Shown here in pieces: positions 1 through 11,532 of a stretch of DNA of 64,000 nt. A model generated the notes under the pieces. That model was not told the DNA's origin. It saw only the letters and a program-made list of their open reading frames with translations, and made no database searches. How positions within the stretch are numbered: the first letter of the stretch is position 1; every line of letters starts with the position of its first letter. Source of the stretch: Octopus vulgaris (Eukaryota); NCBI GenBank assembly GCA_951406725.2, contig OX597822.1:49600001-49664000 (forward strand), read 5' to 3'. The position numbers and the translations under genes were made by a program.

Positions 1-1377
1 TTTTTACACGATAGAAAAATGAGTTAATTTTTCTACTGTATTATCAAAATATTACTAAAAGTTCACTCCTTGCAATAACAAACATTGATAAGAGACATAG
101 GCGGACAGATGTAAAAATATTGTCAACAGGAGAAATTTGCCGAATTATCTAGAAGAAAATCCAATTCCATCTATTCTCTGAAACTTACTTCATTAATACC
201 TAATCTATTTTCAGAAATATTTTGCAAACATGAGTGGGTATCAATTTATTGATGTTTCCGAAGTTAAATTTCATTTAAATTATCTTCTTTGATGCTCGAA
301 CATCTGGACGTGTGTTCAGTATTTGATATTCATTGTGAATACATCAACAACTCCTTCGCTAGTTTCTTGCAATTGTCACGGACATAATAATCTGTTTCTC
401 TCGCTGTCATATAACATTACTTGAATCTACCATCACTGCATGCTTCAGCATAAAATGAATAGAAAATTAAGATTACATTGCAGATATTCCGATAATTCCC
501 TATCTTTAACAGAAATTAGCATTTTAATTCTAGGGATCCGGAATCAAATGCAGTCTTGAATATATTTAGATCAACCAAATCAAAATTGTTAGTGATATCT
601 ATAAAATTAATTAATCTTCGTATTCATCGTTGGAATAATTAAAATTTGATTATTTGATATTTGAAACTTTTGGAATTATTTAACATCTGTAGACAATAAT
701 TGTCAGATTTCTCCGTTTAAATCGAGTGATAAATTGTGTCTTAGGATCTCCCTTACGTCAATAGTAATTAACACACGCACGAGTGCACGTATTTATTATT
801 ACTAGTGTAATGACCCTCCACCCCACCAAACACATCACACACGAATTCACATCAAGAATCCTGCAAACCAAATTCAAAACTAACTCAAATGATAAAATTT
901 TTAAATATGAGTCAAAAATTTATAATTTTCCAAACTTTGTTATTATATCTTATTTCAATGTTATCCCATATCAATATTTGCATTATTTCTAAAGTAAATG
1001 TAATATAAATATAGTAACTTTATCGTAATATTGTGTTATCTTAACGCTACATTGTTTGTAAGCTTTATTTTATTGCTCAAATAATAACAACATTAAAACA
1101 TCCGTTTTAATATGTAAGCATTAACTAAATATTTGAAAAGGAATGGGAAAATATTCCGTTGTAATATTAATTCATTTGCAAAATCCACAACGGTATCAAC
1201 GTTCTGCGCAGGAAACTTTTTGAACTTTTAGAAAGTATAAAGCTTGGAATAAACAAGATATGTTTGTAATTCCAGAGAAAAAGTACTGAAAAAGGCATTA
1301 TGAATACACATCATTATATGTCAATATATTTACATTTAAATGTAAATACATCATTCCATCTATATACCTATCTATCT

Positions 1378-1770
1378 GTGAGTCTTTTATTTCTGCGGAT
1401 ATCTCTTCTAACACTTGCCAACTTGCTTTCGTCCGAATATAATCTGCTGTCTTGATTTCGTGTTCTCCATGATAATAGTGTGCAGTGTGCTTCTCTTCAG
1501 ATGACCTGCCTAATGTATAGTAATAGGCGTATATTACTTCTGTATGCTCTTTTTTGGTCCATTTCATCCTTTTACATATTTCTTTCTGTGGTGGCTGTGG
1601 TGGTGGACTTGGACGGCTTGAGTTCGGGAAGTTCCCGTTCAAGTGACCATCCAGGTTCGCATTCAGAGAAGAGTTTGTGCTCGTAGATGACTTTTCGACC
1701 CCAGGTTGGATCTCCCCTGGGGGTCGACATTCCAGATTAACCATAGGACCTGCGATTTGGTGTACTGTGT
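1378..1770 (-). mobile_element. N-terminal (Myb-like) region of a Dong/R4-type ORF
   Basis: KRMKWTKKEHTEVIYAYYY, then after a frameshift WRTRNQDSRLYSDESKLASVRRDIRRNKRLTD. This matches the pattern of the N-terminus of the 22.9 kb copy (RRWNKQVNAVFMVCYY...QSRAIRKNRWFT). Confidence 0.7.
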
Positions 1771-3409
1771 TCTATTAGCAATACTTTATATTTACTAATC
1801 TTGTCAAATTCTTTCGCCGCTATATTGTGATCGCAAGAAATACTCATGTCAATTAATAAACCCATCTTTTTTGTCTGATCTTTTATAATAATATCCGGTT
1901 TATTAGCTTTTATAGTTTTGTCGGAAGTACCATAGAATCAATTCATTTTCTCCCTCAGTCAAATCTTTAGGATGGTGTTTATACCATTTGTTAGCGGTTT
2001 TGATTTTATAATGCCGACATATTGACCAGTGCAAATACTGGCCGCCTCTGTCATGTCTTGCTTTATATTCTACAGGTGCTAAGACTCTACAGCCTGATAT
2101 TAGGTGGTCTATAGTTTCAATTTCATTGTTACAGAAACGGCATTTTGTGTCAGCTCCATTTTGTATCACTTTAGCTGGGTAGTTCCGGGTTAATAAGAAT
2201 TGGTCTTGAGCAGCTGATATGAAACCTTCACTCTCTGCTTTTAGCCCTGAGCTTCGTAACCATTGGTGTGTGTGTTTCTGGTCGATATCAGCTTGTTCGC
2301 TACGGGCCACATACTTGCCATGCAGAGGTTTCTGTTCCCATCTGTTAGCTAATTTTTCATGTGCTTTTGTCTTTGCAATTAATTTTATTTTCTTTGCAGT
2401 AGCAGTTGGCGCATTTCCTTCAACCTGATCAATCTGGTAGGTATCTAAGAGATCAGTAGCGAATTTTTTGATGAGAATATAGTGAAGTTTTTTTGGTCTT
2501 TCATGTTTTTCAACAAGTTTTAACATCCAATCGTTGGTTGCTTCAAGGTATTTAGCCAGTCCGATTGTGGTGGTTTTGTACGTAAGTTCAAGCTGGATCA
2601 AGCCTCGATCTCCCTGAGCTCTGGGAAGATAAAGATGATCCACGTCTGCCTTTGGATGGTGCATCTTATTACAAGTCAGTAGCTTGCGGATTTTTCTGTC
2701 AATTTTCATTATTTCACTGGTATTCCAGTTAAGCACATGGATGCTATAAAGAACAACTAGGACTGCTAAGGAATTTATGACTAACACCTTATTATTTGCA
2801 TTCAGCTCAGACTTCAGGACTGCTCGAACTCCTCTATAACATTCCTTCCTAACCTTCTCTTTGATGCTTGCATGCTGGATACCAGAGCCTTCATTTATTC
2901 CTAGGTATTTGTAGGTTTGTTCCTGCTCAAGTTCCTTTATTACTGTTTCGACATCTAATTCGATTGAACTTGACTTTACCAATTTCCTTTTCTTAAAAGT
3001 TGCTTTGGCACACTTTTCAAGGCCAAACTCCATCCCGATATCATTACTGAATCCTTTCACAGTATGTAGTTGTCCTTCAAGCTCTTCATGATCTTTGCCA
3101 TATAATTTTAAATCATCCTTATAAAATAGACGGCTTATTTTCCTGTTGTCAATTTTGTAGCCTTTTCTATTCAGTTCACTTGAGAGTAGTATTAGTGCTA
3201 TGCAGAAAATTAGTGGTGAACGTGAGTCACCTTGGAAAATGCCACAGTTTATGCTGATATTTTTTGAGCGCAATACTCCATTAAAATGATATAATTGGAG
3301 CTTCGTGTTCCATAGTGACATTATACTTCAAAAAATCTGAAATCACAGGAGACATTTTGAAAATGTCCAGCGATTTCAGAATCCACGAATGTGGTATACT
3401 GTCAAAGGC

Positions 3410-3410
<1 letters not shown>
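1770..3410 (-). mobile_element. 5'-truncated, decayed Dong/R4-type non-LTR retrotransposon (RT + CCHC + restriction-like endonuclease)
   Basis: Minus strand reads KAFDSIPHSWI at the 5' end. ORF 1903-3321 has GIFQGDSxSP, LFYKDDLKLY, YKYLGI, HPKADVDHLYLPR, AAQDQ, CRFC..ETIDHLISGC and RHD. After a frameshift comes the RLE motif NKPDIIIKD..LLIDMSISCD..KEFDKISKYK (about 1915-1785). Confidence 0.9.
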
Positions 3411-3455
<45 letters not shown>

Positions 3456-3467
3456 ATTATTATTATT
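3411..3467. repeat. (TTA)n microsatellite abutting the 5' end of the Dong/R4 relic
   Basis: Direct reading of the repeat. Confidence 0.95.
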
Positions 3468-4398
3468 GAACTTGGTTGAGTTGTTGTGATCTATTATTTG
3501 AGATATTTAGCCTTTGTGGCTATTAAAAGAATAAATTATTAAAGACATTTCGCAAAATGCTTAGTGGAATCTTTTCGTCTTCAGGTTCTGAGATCAAATA
3601 CCACTTTGCTTTTCATCATATCAGGGTTGATAGAATATGTAACACTTGAGCACTTGTGTCGATGTAATCGACAGCACCAATATTCCCAAATTCCAGGCCT
3701 TGTGCCTATAGTAGAAAGGATTGTTAGAGACATTTCAGATATGACCATCCCGTTTTGTTATGGAATTACGTTGCCATTTGCGCAATTTTGTTTTTAAGAC
3801 AGCGATTCGTTATGTAGGCAAGTTTTTGCTGCTATTTCTTGCAGTTAGTGGGACTACTTAAATATTCCTAAAGACCATCCGAAGGAGATTTACAACTTGT
3901 TCATATATTCTCTATATATTCCATACACATATACCCTGACGCAGACAACACTCACTCTTACTACATACACTCGTACACATATTCTCATACTCATACATAT
4001 ATCTGCATATGCGTTAGACATATATCATGACAAAAGAGACACGACATAAGATTGAGAATAAAGAATTAGAATACAGAATTCTATCGTTAACTGAGATATC
4101 TTGCACTAAATATAGTACATATTGTATGTAAATTTAGTAACATTAGACATATTTTAGTCTACATTATTAAATGAATTACTAGAGCGTTAGCAGTAGAGGT
4201 AAATAATAAATCTTTCATTCTCCATCCTTCATATAATGTATTATCATAAATTCCTCTCTAAGTTTCCACGACAGATATATATTTCTATTTTCTCTAACAT
4301 AAGTAAAAACGCTGTCTGCTTTAAAAAAAAATAGCAGCCGAGTTTGCCATCGATATAACATCAGATCTTGCTCAACATTGTATGAGCATGTGAGAGAA

Positions 4399-4480
<82 letters not shown>

Positions 4481-4518
4481 TGTGTGTGTGTGTGGGTGGG
4501 TGTATGCATGTATGTATC

Positions 4519-4576
<58 letters not shown>

Positions 4577-4784
4577 AGTTAAATTGAAAATTAAAGTTTA
4601 GAAAATAGATATTAAAATACTGTATCCAAACCTTTTTTCGGTTAAGTCACAGGTTGCGTACCTGCAGAGCAGATTTAGCATTTATGGCTACCCAGCGTCA
4701 TCCGTGTTATTTCGCTTTCGTCACTGGATCCAACTCAGGAATTCCTAGGTTCACGTTTGTTATTTTTTAAATGAGTGTTACGGA

Positions 4785-5262
4785 GGATGGAGTGAAACTA
4801 GAAACTTTATTTAGCGCAACAATCGTTTCGGCTTCCTTCTGCTCTGCTCCCTAGTGGGTGTGGGACGATGTAATGACATCAGATGCCCTGCACAGTACAG
4901 GGAGCCTCATCAGGTGAGGTAGTATGTTTCAAAAGTTTTAAAATTTACATTTCATTTTCGCTCCGAGTTATATGCTGGTGGTGTGTTGCTTGTAGTTCAC
5001 ACACATGTTTTCTTATCAATAACTTCCTGACCACAACTTTCCTTACTCCACCAAAATGTGTGTGAACTCCTAGCATATAACTTAGAGCGAAAAAGAAATA
5101 TAAATCTTATTACTTTTGAAACATTTTACGTCACTTCACGAGGGTTCATGTACTGTACGTTGCATGTGATGTCATTACATTAATCCACACCCACTAGGGA
5201 GCAGTGCAGAAGGAAGCTAAAACAATTATTGTGCTAAATAAAGCTTCTAGTTACACTCCGAC
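4785..5262. mobile_element. Inverted-repeat PLE terminal-repeat (pLTR)-like element
   Basis: Arms at about 4785-4900 and 5148-5262 are diverged reverse complements. They contain an HHR-type GAAAC..., AATAAA, and end near (TA)n. Confidence 0.6.
4814..4916 (-). ncRNA. Type I hammerhead ribozyme motif with long helix II insert
   Basis: CAC-CUGAUGA-GGCU-(~70 nt)-AGCC-GAAA-CGAUUG-UU-GCG. Helix I is short; the other arm has GUG at the pairing position. Confidence 0.55.
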
Positions 5263-5300
5263 ATCAGTATCAATCATATATATATATATATATATACATA

Positions 5301-5338
<38 letters not shown>

Positions 5339-5541
5339 ACATATATATATATATTTAAAACTATAAATTAGGGTATCTAAGAGATACCACCATGCTGAAA
5401 TAGCAGTGAAAACCCTGACCTTAAAACCACCTTAAATGTTCATATGGCGCCATGAGAGTAGACAGAGATACAAAATATATTAGCAAAAAAGATTTTACTG
5501 GATAATTCAAGATCCTGGATTTCTGACTTTGCTTCAGAGAA

Positions 5542-5587
<46 letters not shown>

Positions 5588-5589
<2 letters not shown>

Positions 5590-5700
5590 GACGGGCTTCT
5601 TTCAGTTTTCGTCTACCAAATCTACTCACTAGGCTTTGGTCGGTCCGAGGCTATAGCAGAAGGCACTGAACCCGGAACCATGTGATTGGTAAGTAAGCTA
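5588..5700 (-). mobile_element. Fragment of the abundant tRNA-derived SINE (family 1)
   Basis: Shares acgacgggcttctttcagttt..gtctaccaaat..ctcac..ggctttggtcgg..gaggctatag..gaacc..gaaccatgtg with other copies. Confidence 0.8.
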
Positions 5701-6909
5701 TCGACTTAACTAACTTGCTTATACTTACATTTACTCCTCTATCGGCTCAGGTTTAAAGCTCTTCAGCACTTACTTTTGAAAAAGTCTTTGTTTTACAAAT
5801 ATAAATTTGAATTTTGCCGAGGTTAAATTTTTATTCATTTTCATGCATTTTTCATATTTAAATATAATATTATTGTTTCAAATTTATATATTTTTAAAAA
5901 TTTATATATTTATATTATATTTGATTATACTATATTATTTTCTTGTACAATTTTTTAATCTTAATATTCTACACATCAGACAGTTTTTAAATATATTTCT
6001 ATGCATATATCCGTTATGGTGTATATATGTATCTTGATCTGAATATATATATGTAGATTATATATCTATGTATATGTTCATTTGTATATTTGAATGTGTG
6101 TCTATAAGTCGGTTACTTTTGCACGTATGTATGTATTTATGTAGATATGTATGTCTTCTTATATGGGTTCATTTTATGTGTGCGTTTGTAAGCTTACAGA
6201 AGTATCTAACATTTGTTACATACTTTTAAGAACGCAAACTTCCATATCACTTTCTATCTCTTTCTATCTATTTTCACTTTCTCTTTCTTTTCTACTTTCT
6301 TTCATCACTTCTTTTTATTTCATTTTCTTTATCCTACCACTTATTATTCTCTGATTTTCATTTCGTTTTCTTTCTCTAGCTTGTATATTTGAAATACACA
6401 CGGAGAAGTATTATGTGCATGTATATATATGTATGTGGATACCTCCATATGCGTTTGTATATATATTTATGTTTTGCCTGCATTTGTTTGTATATGCATG
6501 TAGGCATGTATCAACGCTTGTAAGTTTAGTGTATATATATATGTATATATAGGTTTTGGGTATGTGTATGTTTTACTAATGTATACGTATGTTCATGATG
6601 TCAGTTCTTTGTAAATGTTTTTATTTGGAACGGACACATCGTTTTGCGTTATCTAGATTTAATATTTATTATCTTTACCATTAATTCATTTATCTTGGAG
6701 TACAGATTTTTTCCTTCTACTAAAGTTAATATTTGAGTTAAGGTTTTCTTCAATTTTTATATCATTTTAAATCGTAATTGTAATTTCATATAACCGGTTA
6801 TTGAAAAGACAGTTAGTTGGAAGAACCGATGAAACAAAACCGTTTTCAAATGAGTAACTAGGAAATTAATTGTACATTTATGCATATAATCGTATCTTGT
6901 TCCATTCTA

Positions 6910-6990
6910 AACAAAAACTGTCCCACGAATGGGAACTTGAAACTCTGAGTAACAGATTTTGTGATGCCTTTGCAACTTTATTAATAAAGT
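6910..6990 (+). ncRNA. Degenerate HHR/pLTR copy (CCGACGA family, cf. 49041)
   Basis: aaaaCTGT-cccacga...GAAA-CTCtGAG-TA-ACAG-atttt...aataaag. The core is mutated. Confidence 0.45.
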
Positions 6991-7032
6991 ATATATAAAT
7001 GTATATATGTATGTATATATATTTCTGAGTCC

Positions 7033-7155
7033 CTTTCTGTAGAAGAGCGTAGGCTCGAAACGTAAAATACTTTTTCTATTCCTGAGCGTTATACTAATAC
7101 ATCTGTTTGTTTTCTACACCACCTGCCTTCGTCTTTTGTTTTTTTCGTAAACTCT

Positions 7156-7160
<5 letters not shown>
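7033..7160 (+). mobile_element. PLE pLTR 3' end with atypical HHR-like motif (CUGUnGA-A-GAGC/GCUC-GAAACGU)
   Basis: ctttCTGTAGAaGAGCgtagGCTCGAAACGTAaaa plus tail cctgagcg..tactaatac..tgtttgt..cacctgccttcgtcttttg. The same unit occurs at 50322-50488 and 62697-62822, and ends at (TA)n. Confidence 0.65.
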
Positions 7161-7196
<36 letters not shown>

Positions 7197-7202
<6 letters not shown>

Positions 7203-7755
7203 ATACTAGCCATCTCAATATGGCTAACCACTAGGGGTGGGTGTTACTGTAGCTTTTTAGCCCCAGGAGATCATCGTCTCCAGCTGGCTTTAGACACAAT
7301 TTCTGTGCCCTTATGATATTTGCAAAGGGAGGTCATCCCCTCTCGTAAACCTAAGTGATACGCATGGACTGCAGTTTCGAGATTATTGTCTCTTGTCAAC
7401 ACACGGTAATCACGGGTTTTCGATGAGGAGAGACCTGTTTGCGAATATCTATTTAATGTTTTTCACAGTAACCACTGTCACTGATTTCGAAAAACGGTTT
7501 GAAAGCAGTAATAAATCTCTGAACGCGATGCAAACAGTAAGCGTATCACTTAGGTTTACGAGAGGGGATGACCTCCCTTTGCAAATATCATAAGGGCACA
7601 GAAATTGTGTCTAAAGCCAGCTGGAGACGATGATCTCCTGGGGCTAAAAAGCTACAGTAACACCCACCCCTAGTAGTTAGCCATACTGAGATGGCTAGTA
7701 TACTTTACGTTGTCGAGCGCTTACTGTTTACATCTCGTTCAGAGAATTATTATTG

Positions 7756-7760
<5 letters not shown>
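7197..7760. mobile_element. Retrozyme-like HHR element, family A, inverted configuration, flanked by (TA)n
   Basis: 167-bp inverted arms at 7197-7363 and 7541-7707 with 2 mismatches seen. 7718-7760 repeats the reverse complement of about 7503-7543, implying a permuted monomer of ~357 nt. Confidence 0.75.
7361..7405 (-). ncRNA. Type I hammerhead ribozyme, U3-A8 core variant
   Basis: CGUGUG-UUGACAA-GAGA caauaa UCUC-GAAA-CUGCAG-UC/CAUGCG. Helix I 6 bp, helix II 4 bp, palindromic ACUGCAGU helix III, GUC site. Confidence 0.8.
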
Positions 7761-7797
<37 letters not shown>

Positions 7798-7799
7798 TG

Positions 7800-7935
7800 T
7801 GTGTGTGTGTGTGTGATTCTTTGTGTCTGTGTTTGTCCCCAGCACCACTTGACAACCGGTGTTAGAGTAATCGGTAGAACAAGTAGCAGGTTTAAAAAAT
7901 AAATAATGGATTTGTTCGACGAAACTTCTTCAAGG
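7800..7935 (+). mobile_element. SINE family 1, 3' fragment
   Basis: gtgtttgtcccc..cacttgacaaccgg...gatttgttcgac shared with the 3' halves of other copies. Confidence 0.6.
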
Positions 7936-7939
7936 TGAA

Positions 7940-8470
7940 TATTTTTTGCCGCTTTAGTGAAATGTTTCCCAACATTAAATAGATGCCATACATGTTTTAA
8001 TAGGTACACTGTGAAGGTACCATATGGAAACTCCACTAACTTAGAACAACACCTACACCGCATTGAATAACCAACCCACTCGACCCCTAGCCTATGACAG
8101 GGGATATACTTCTGGCTCAACAAATTGGAAGGATAGCATATATATAGAACAAAATGTCAAGAAAAGCAATACTAACCAGAACGAAAAGCATCTGCTGAGG
8201 CCACATCGGTATCATAACAAAAATAGAGATATAGCCAACATGTTAACGGTGTCACAAAATGAACTCAACAGAGCCACATATGCAACTAAACCTAATAAAT
8301 GTTCATGCAGATAAAAAACAAGATTCCCATTGATAAAACTCAATATGAGTACCAATGATCTATATAAGTGCACCGTACACACAAGCGGGGGACCGTGCGT
8401 TTATATTGGTGCAACGGCTGATTCGTTCAAGAACTGATATCGAACCCATGTCGTTAATAACCACACTTGA
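7940..8470 (+). pseudogene. Decayed PLE linker and GIY-YIG endonuclease fragment
   Basis: FFAALVKCFPTLNRCHTCFNRYTVKVPYGNSTNLEQHL (7943-8060) and LYKCTVHTSGGPCVYIGATADSFKN*YRTH (about 8359-8449). Confidence 0.65.
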
Positions 8471-9799
8471 GCTAAGTGTATGGATGAATAGCTGCAACCT
8501 CCGTGTTTTTATAAATACAATGCCACACTAATTACTAACGTCACTGGGATAACCCTCGGCCATCGAGTACCACTTAAAGTGAGAAACATACCAAATTGGG
8601 TCTCTCAATAAATAGCCCTCACCATCGGATGAAAACACAAAAAGTCCCTACTCTTATTTACACTGGTGATCCTAACCCTGAAATTGATGCTTTCTACAGT
8701 CTATCGGTAGTTTCATTAACTGTTCATTCAAAGAACACATATCTACTATGTCAGTATTTATGTCTTTATTTATAACAGTGCAACTGCTATAAGTGTAACA
8801 ACCAGACCTCGTGTGGTATTGAAAATTACAAAATATGAGAACAAGGCTCCATTGCATAGGGCCAAAGATATCACAATTGCTTTCAAAATACAGGACCAGA
8901 TACTATAGTTTGGGATTCATGAACTCACGGCCAGTCAATATATTCTTCTGAAAAACTCAGGGTGGATATAAACGTCTTCAAAACTGAACTGGATCTCCTA
9001 CTGTCCTGGATAAGCTAACTTCACCGTAGGAAGCACACATCAGGGTAGCAACGTTAAACTCCCTAGTTCATAACTATAAAATGATGATTAGCGAAACTGT
9101 AGCACAACCAACAGTGGGGCAGCAGCATGGCCAAAACACTCGAGCTGAAACTGGAAAAATGATATATATATATATACATATGTGTGTGTCTGTGTGTGTG
9201 TAATCACTAACAATTTATTTTAATTGAATATAATCTCCATATTGTAGGTAGAAGAAAGAAATCGAAAGCCTAATTAACTTTGCATCATGCCCTCCAATCT
9301 ACACATAAAATTCTTATCGATTCCAACAACTATTGTAAATATCTCTTAACATTGAATTTACCTTTCCACTTCTCATTGAAACATTAGTAAACATACCGTG
9401 AGACGTTTTGTACATACATTTATCGACTAACACGTATATTTTTCTCGTACATTTTATCTTCTTTTAGATTTTAATATTCAAGTGCCTGAGGTAAACCCAG
9501 CAAACTCGCTTAATTAGTTTACATATACACACGCTCTCTGACTCTCTCTGTCTGTCTGCCTATCGCTCTCTCTCTCTCTCATACACACATACACAAAACA
9601 ACACACGTGCACACGATTAAATGGATACATTATCACTAGTGAGGTGGATATAACTGAGTAAGAACTTGAATGCAATGCGGAGGTAAAAGAGTAAAAGAAC
9701 TACAAATACGAACAGACACACACATGAACACACATAGGTATACATAGAAATATATCTAAACATGTATATGCGTGTGCATATATGTGCATGTGTGAGTGG

Positions 9800-9856
<57 letters not shown>

Positions 9857-10136
9857 AATACATACCTAGCTGTTTATGTGTCTATCTATCGCTGCCTAAA
9901 TCCCTCCTCCCCCTCTCTCTCTATATATATGTATATGGTAGTGTGTTTGTTCAAAGCAATATTCATTTGTTGGGACAAGTTAAACGGAAATCTCCACAGT
10001 CATACATTTATTGAAATCATAATGAACAGTAACTGATAACATAATTATTTTCTTGTTAATTACAATGTATTTTATCAAAGGATTGAGAATTATTTCACTC
10101 TCTTACTACATGTGTCTAATTTACAAACCACCAGGA

Positions 10137-10195
<59 letters not shown>

Positions 10196-10202
<7 letters not shown>

Positions 10203-11532
10203 TAAAATAATATGTTACTCAATAGTCAAGATAAAACTTCAGATGCTGAAGTGGAAATCCACAACACCATCTCTTCGGTTATCTGGCCATCTGAAAAAAC
10301 GCTATGAGAAAATACCGTTATATAAAGAGAAATTATTGTGTTATAATTATATAAAATAAGATTAAAATTTCATAGTAAACACGTAAAACATGGCTAGTCA
10401 TACGCTTACATGTGCGTTCGCGGATCCACGTGCGTACGTATACGTCACTATGAAACGTACACATCATCACTCGCATTTTTCGCCAAATATATACGCATAT
10501 ATATACAAACTCATACACACACACATGCGTACCGTCAAAGTTCATACATACGTCTATATACGCACAAGCACAATAAAAACCCTGGTTAAAGGTAACATAA
10601 AAAAAAACATACAGAATTTTACAAAGCATAAAAACCACGTTCATATACGAGCGTGCTCTTATGCACTCATACACACACACGCCCATATATGTACATACCC
10701 GAACATGTTTATATACGCATACACACACACGCATATACAAAAAATGAATATACATATGCACCCCCCCCCAATAAAAAACCTTAAAAAAATGGAAAAATGC
10801 TAAGTAAAAACGTCTATATATATATATATGCATTCTTATGCCCGCACACATGCACATATCTAAAACTGCCCACTCATACATATTCACACACGTATACAAA
10901 TAAATCTATATACGCGTCTATATAGGCACAAGAAAAAATGCAGGATAAAAAAGTACAGAAAAAATTATGTGTGAAAATATTAAAATATATGAAATAATAA
11001 AAGGTATAATGGGATAGAAAACTTTTTGGGACATAATATAGAAAGCAAGTTCTATCTGTTTTCTTTAGGGGACCCAAAACGTAACAAAAATTTTGTCACA
11101 TATGGGCATGACCCGAAAAGTTCTGTCCTTGAGTTTAGACATGTAGTAGGGTATAAGCTGCTTTTCCAGATAAGCCATCTCTCCATGTCGCGTAGACCGC
11201 ACTTTCCGCTGCCGTTGGTGTAGGGCTTACATTTGGCCAAAATCTTCCAATGGATGTTATAATCGACACTTTTATCTTTTAAAGACCAAATATGAAAATA
11301 TAAATATAACACAATATTTTCCCTTTATATAACGGTATTTTTTCATAGCGTTTTTTCAGATGGCCAGATAACCGAAGAGATGGTGTTGTGGATTTCCACT
11401 CCGGCATCTGAAACTGAGAGTTTCATCTTGACTATTGAGTAATTGTAACATATTATTTTATAGATAAATTTACTCTATTTACATAATATTGAGGTCTCTT
11501 TCTTTCTTTTGTTATCTTACCGTTTTTACCAA
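10196..11532. mobile_element. Truncated PLE: GIY-YIG C-terminus (-) with inverted pLTR copies
   Basis: ORF 11052-11312(-) HIWSLKDK..YNIHWKILAKCKPY..GKCGL..LNSRTELFGSCP. Inverted repeats at about 10196-10335 and 11314-11463 contain an HHR-like CCGAAGA-GAUG..CAUC-UGAAACUgagAGUU. Both ends lie in (TA)n. Confidence 0.75.

Noticed and set aside
1-780. Possible coding exon at the window start
   Set aside because: No ORF of 60 aa or more and no recognisable motifs on either strand.
8690-9030. Possible L1/Tx1 RT remnant on the minus strand
   Set aside because: Only a faint YAMEP-like motif; insufficient.
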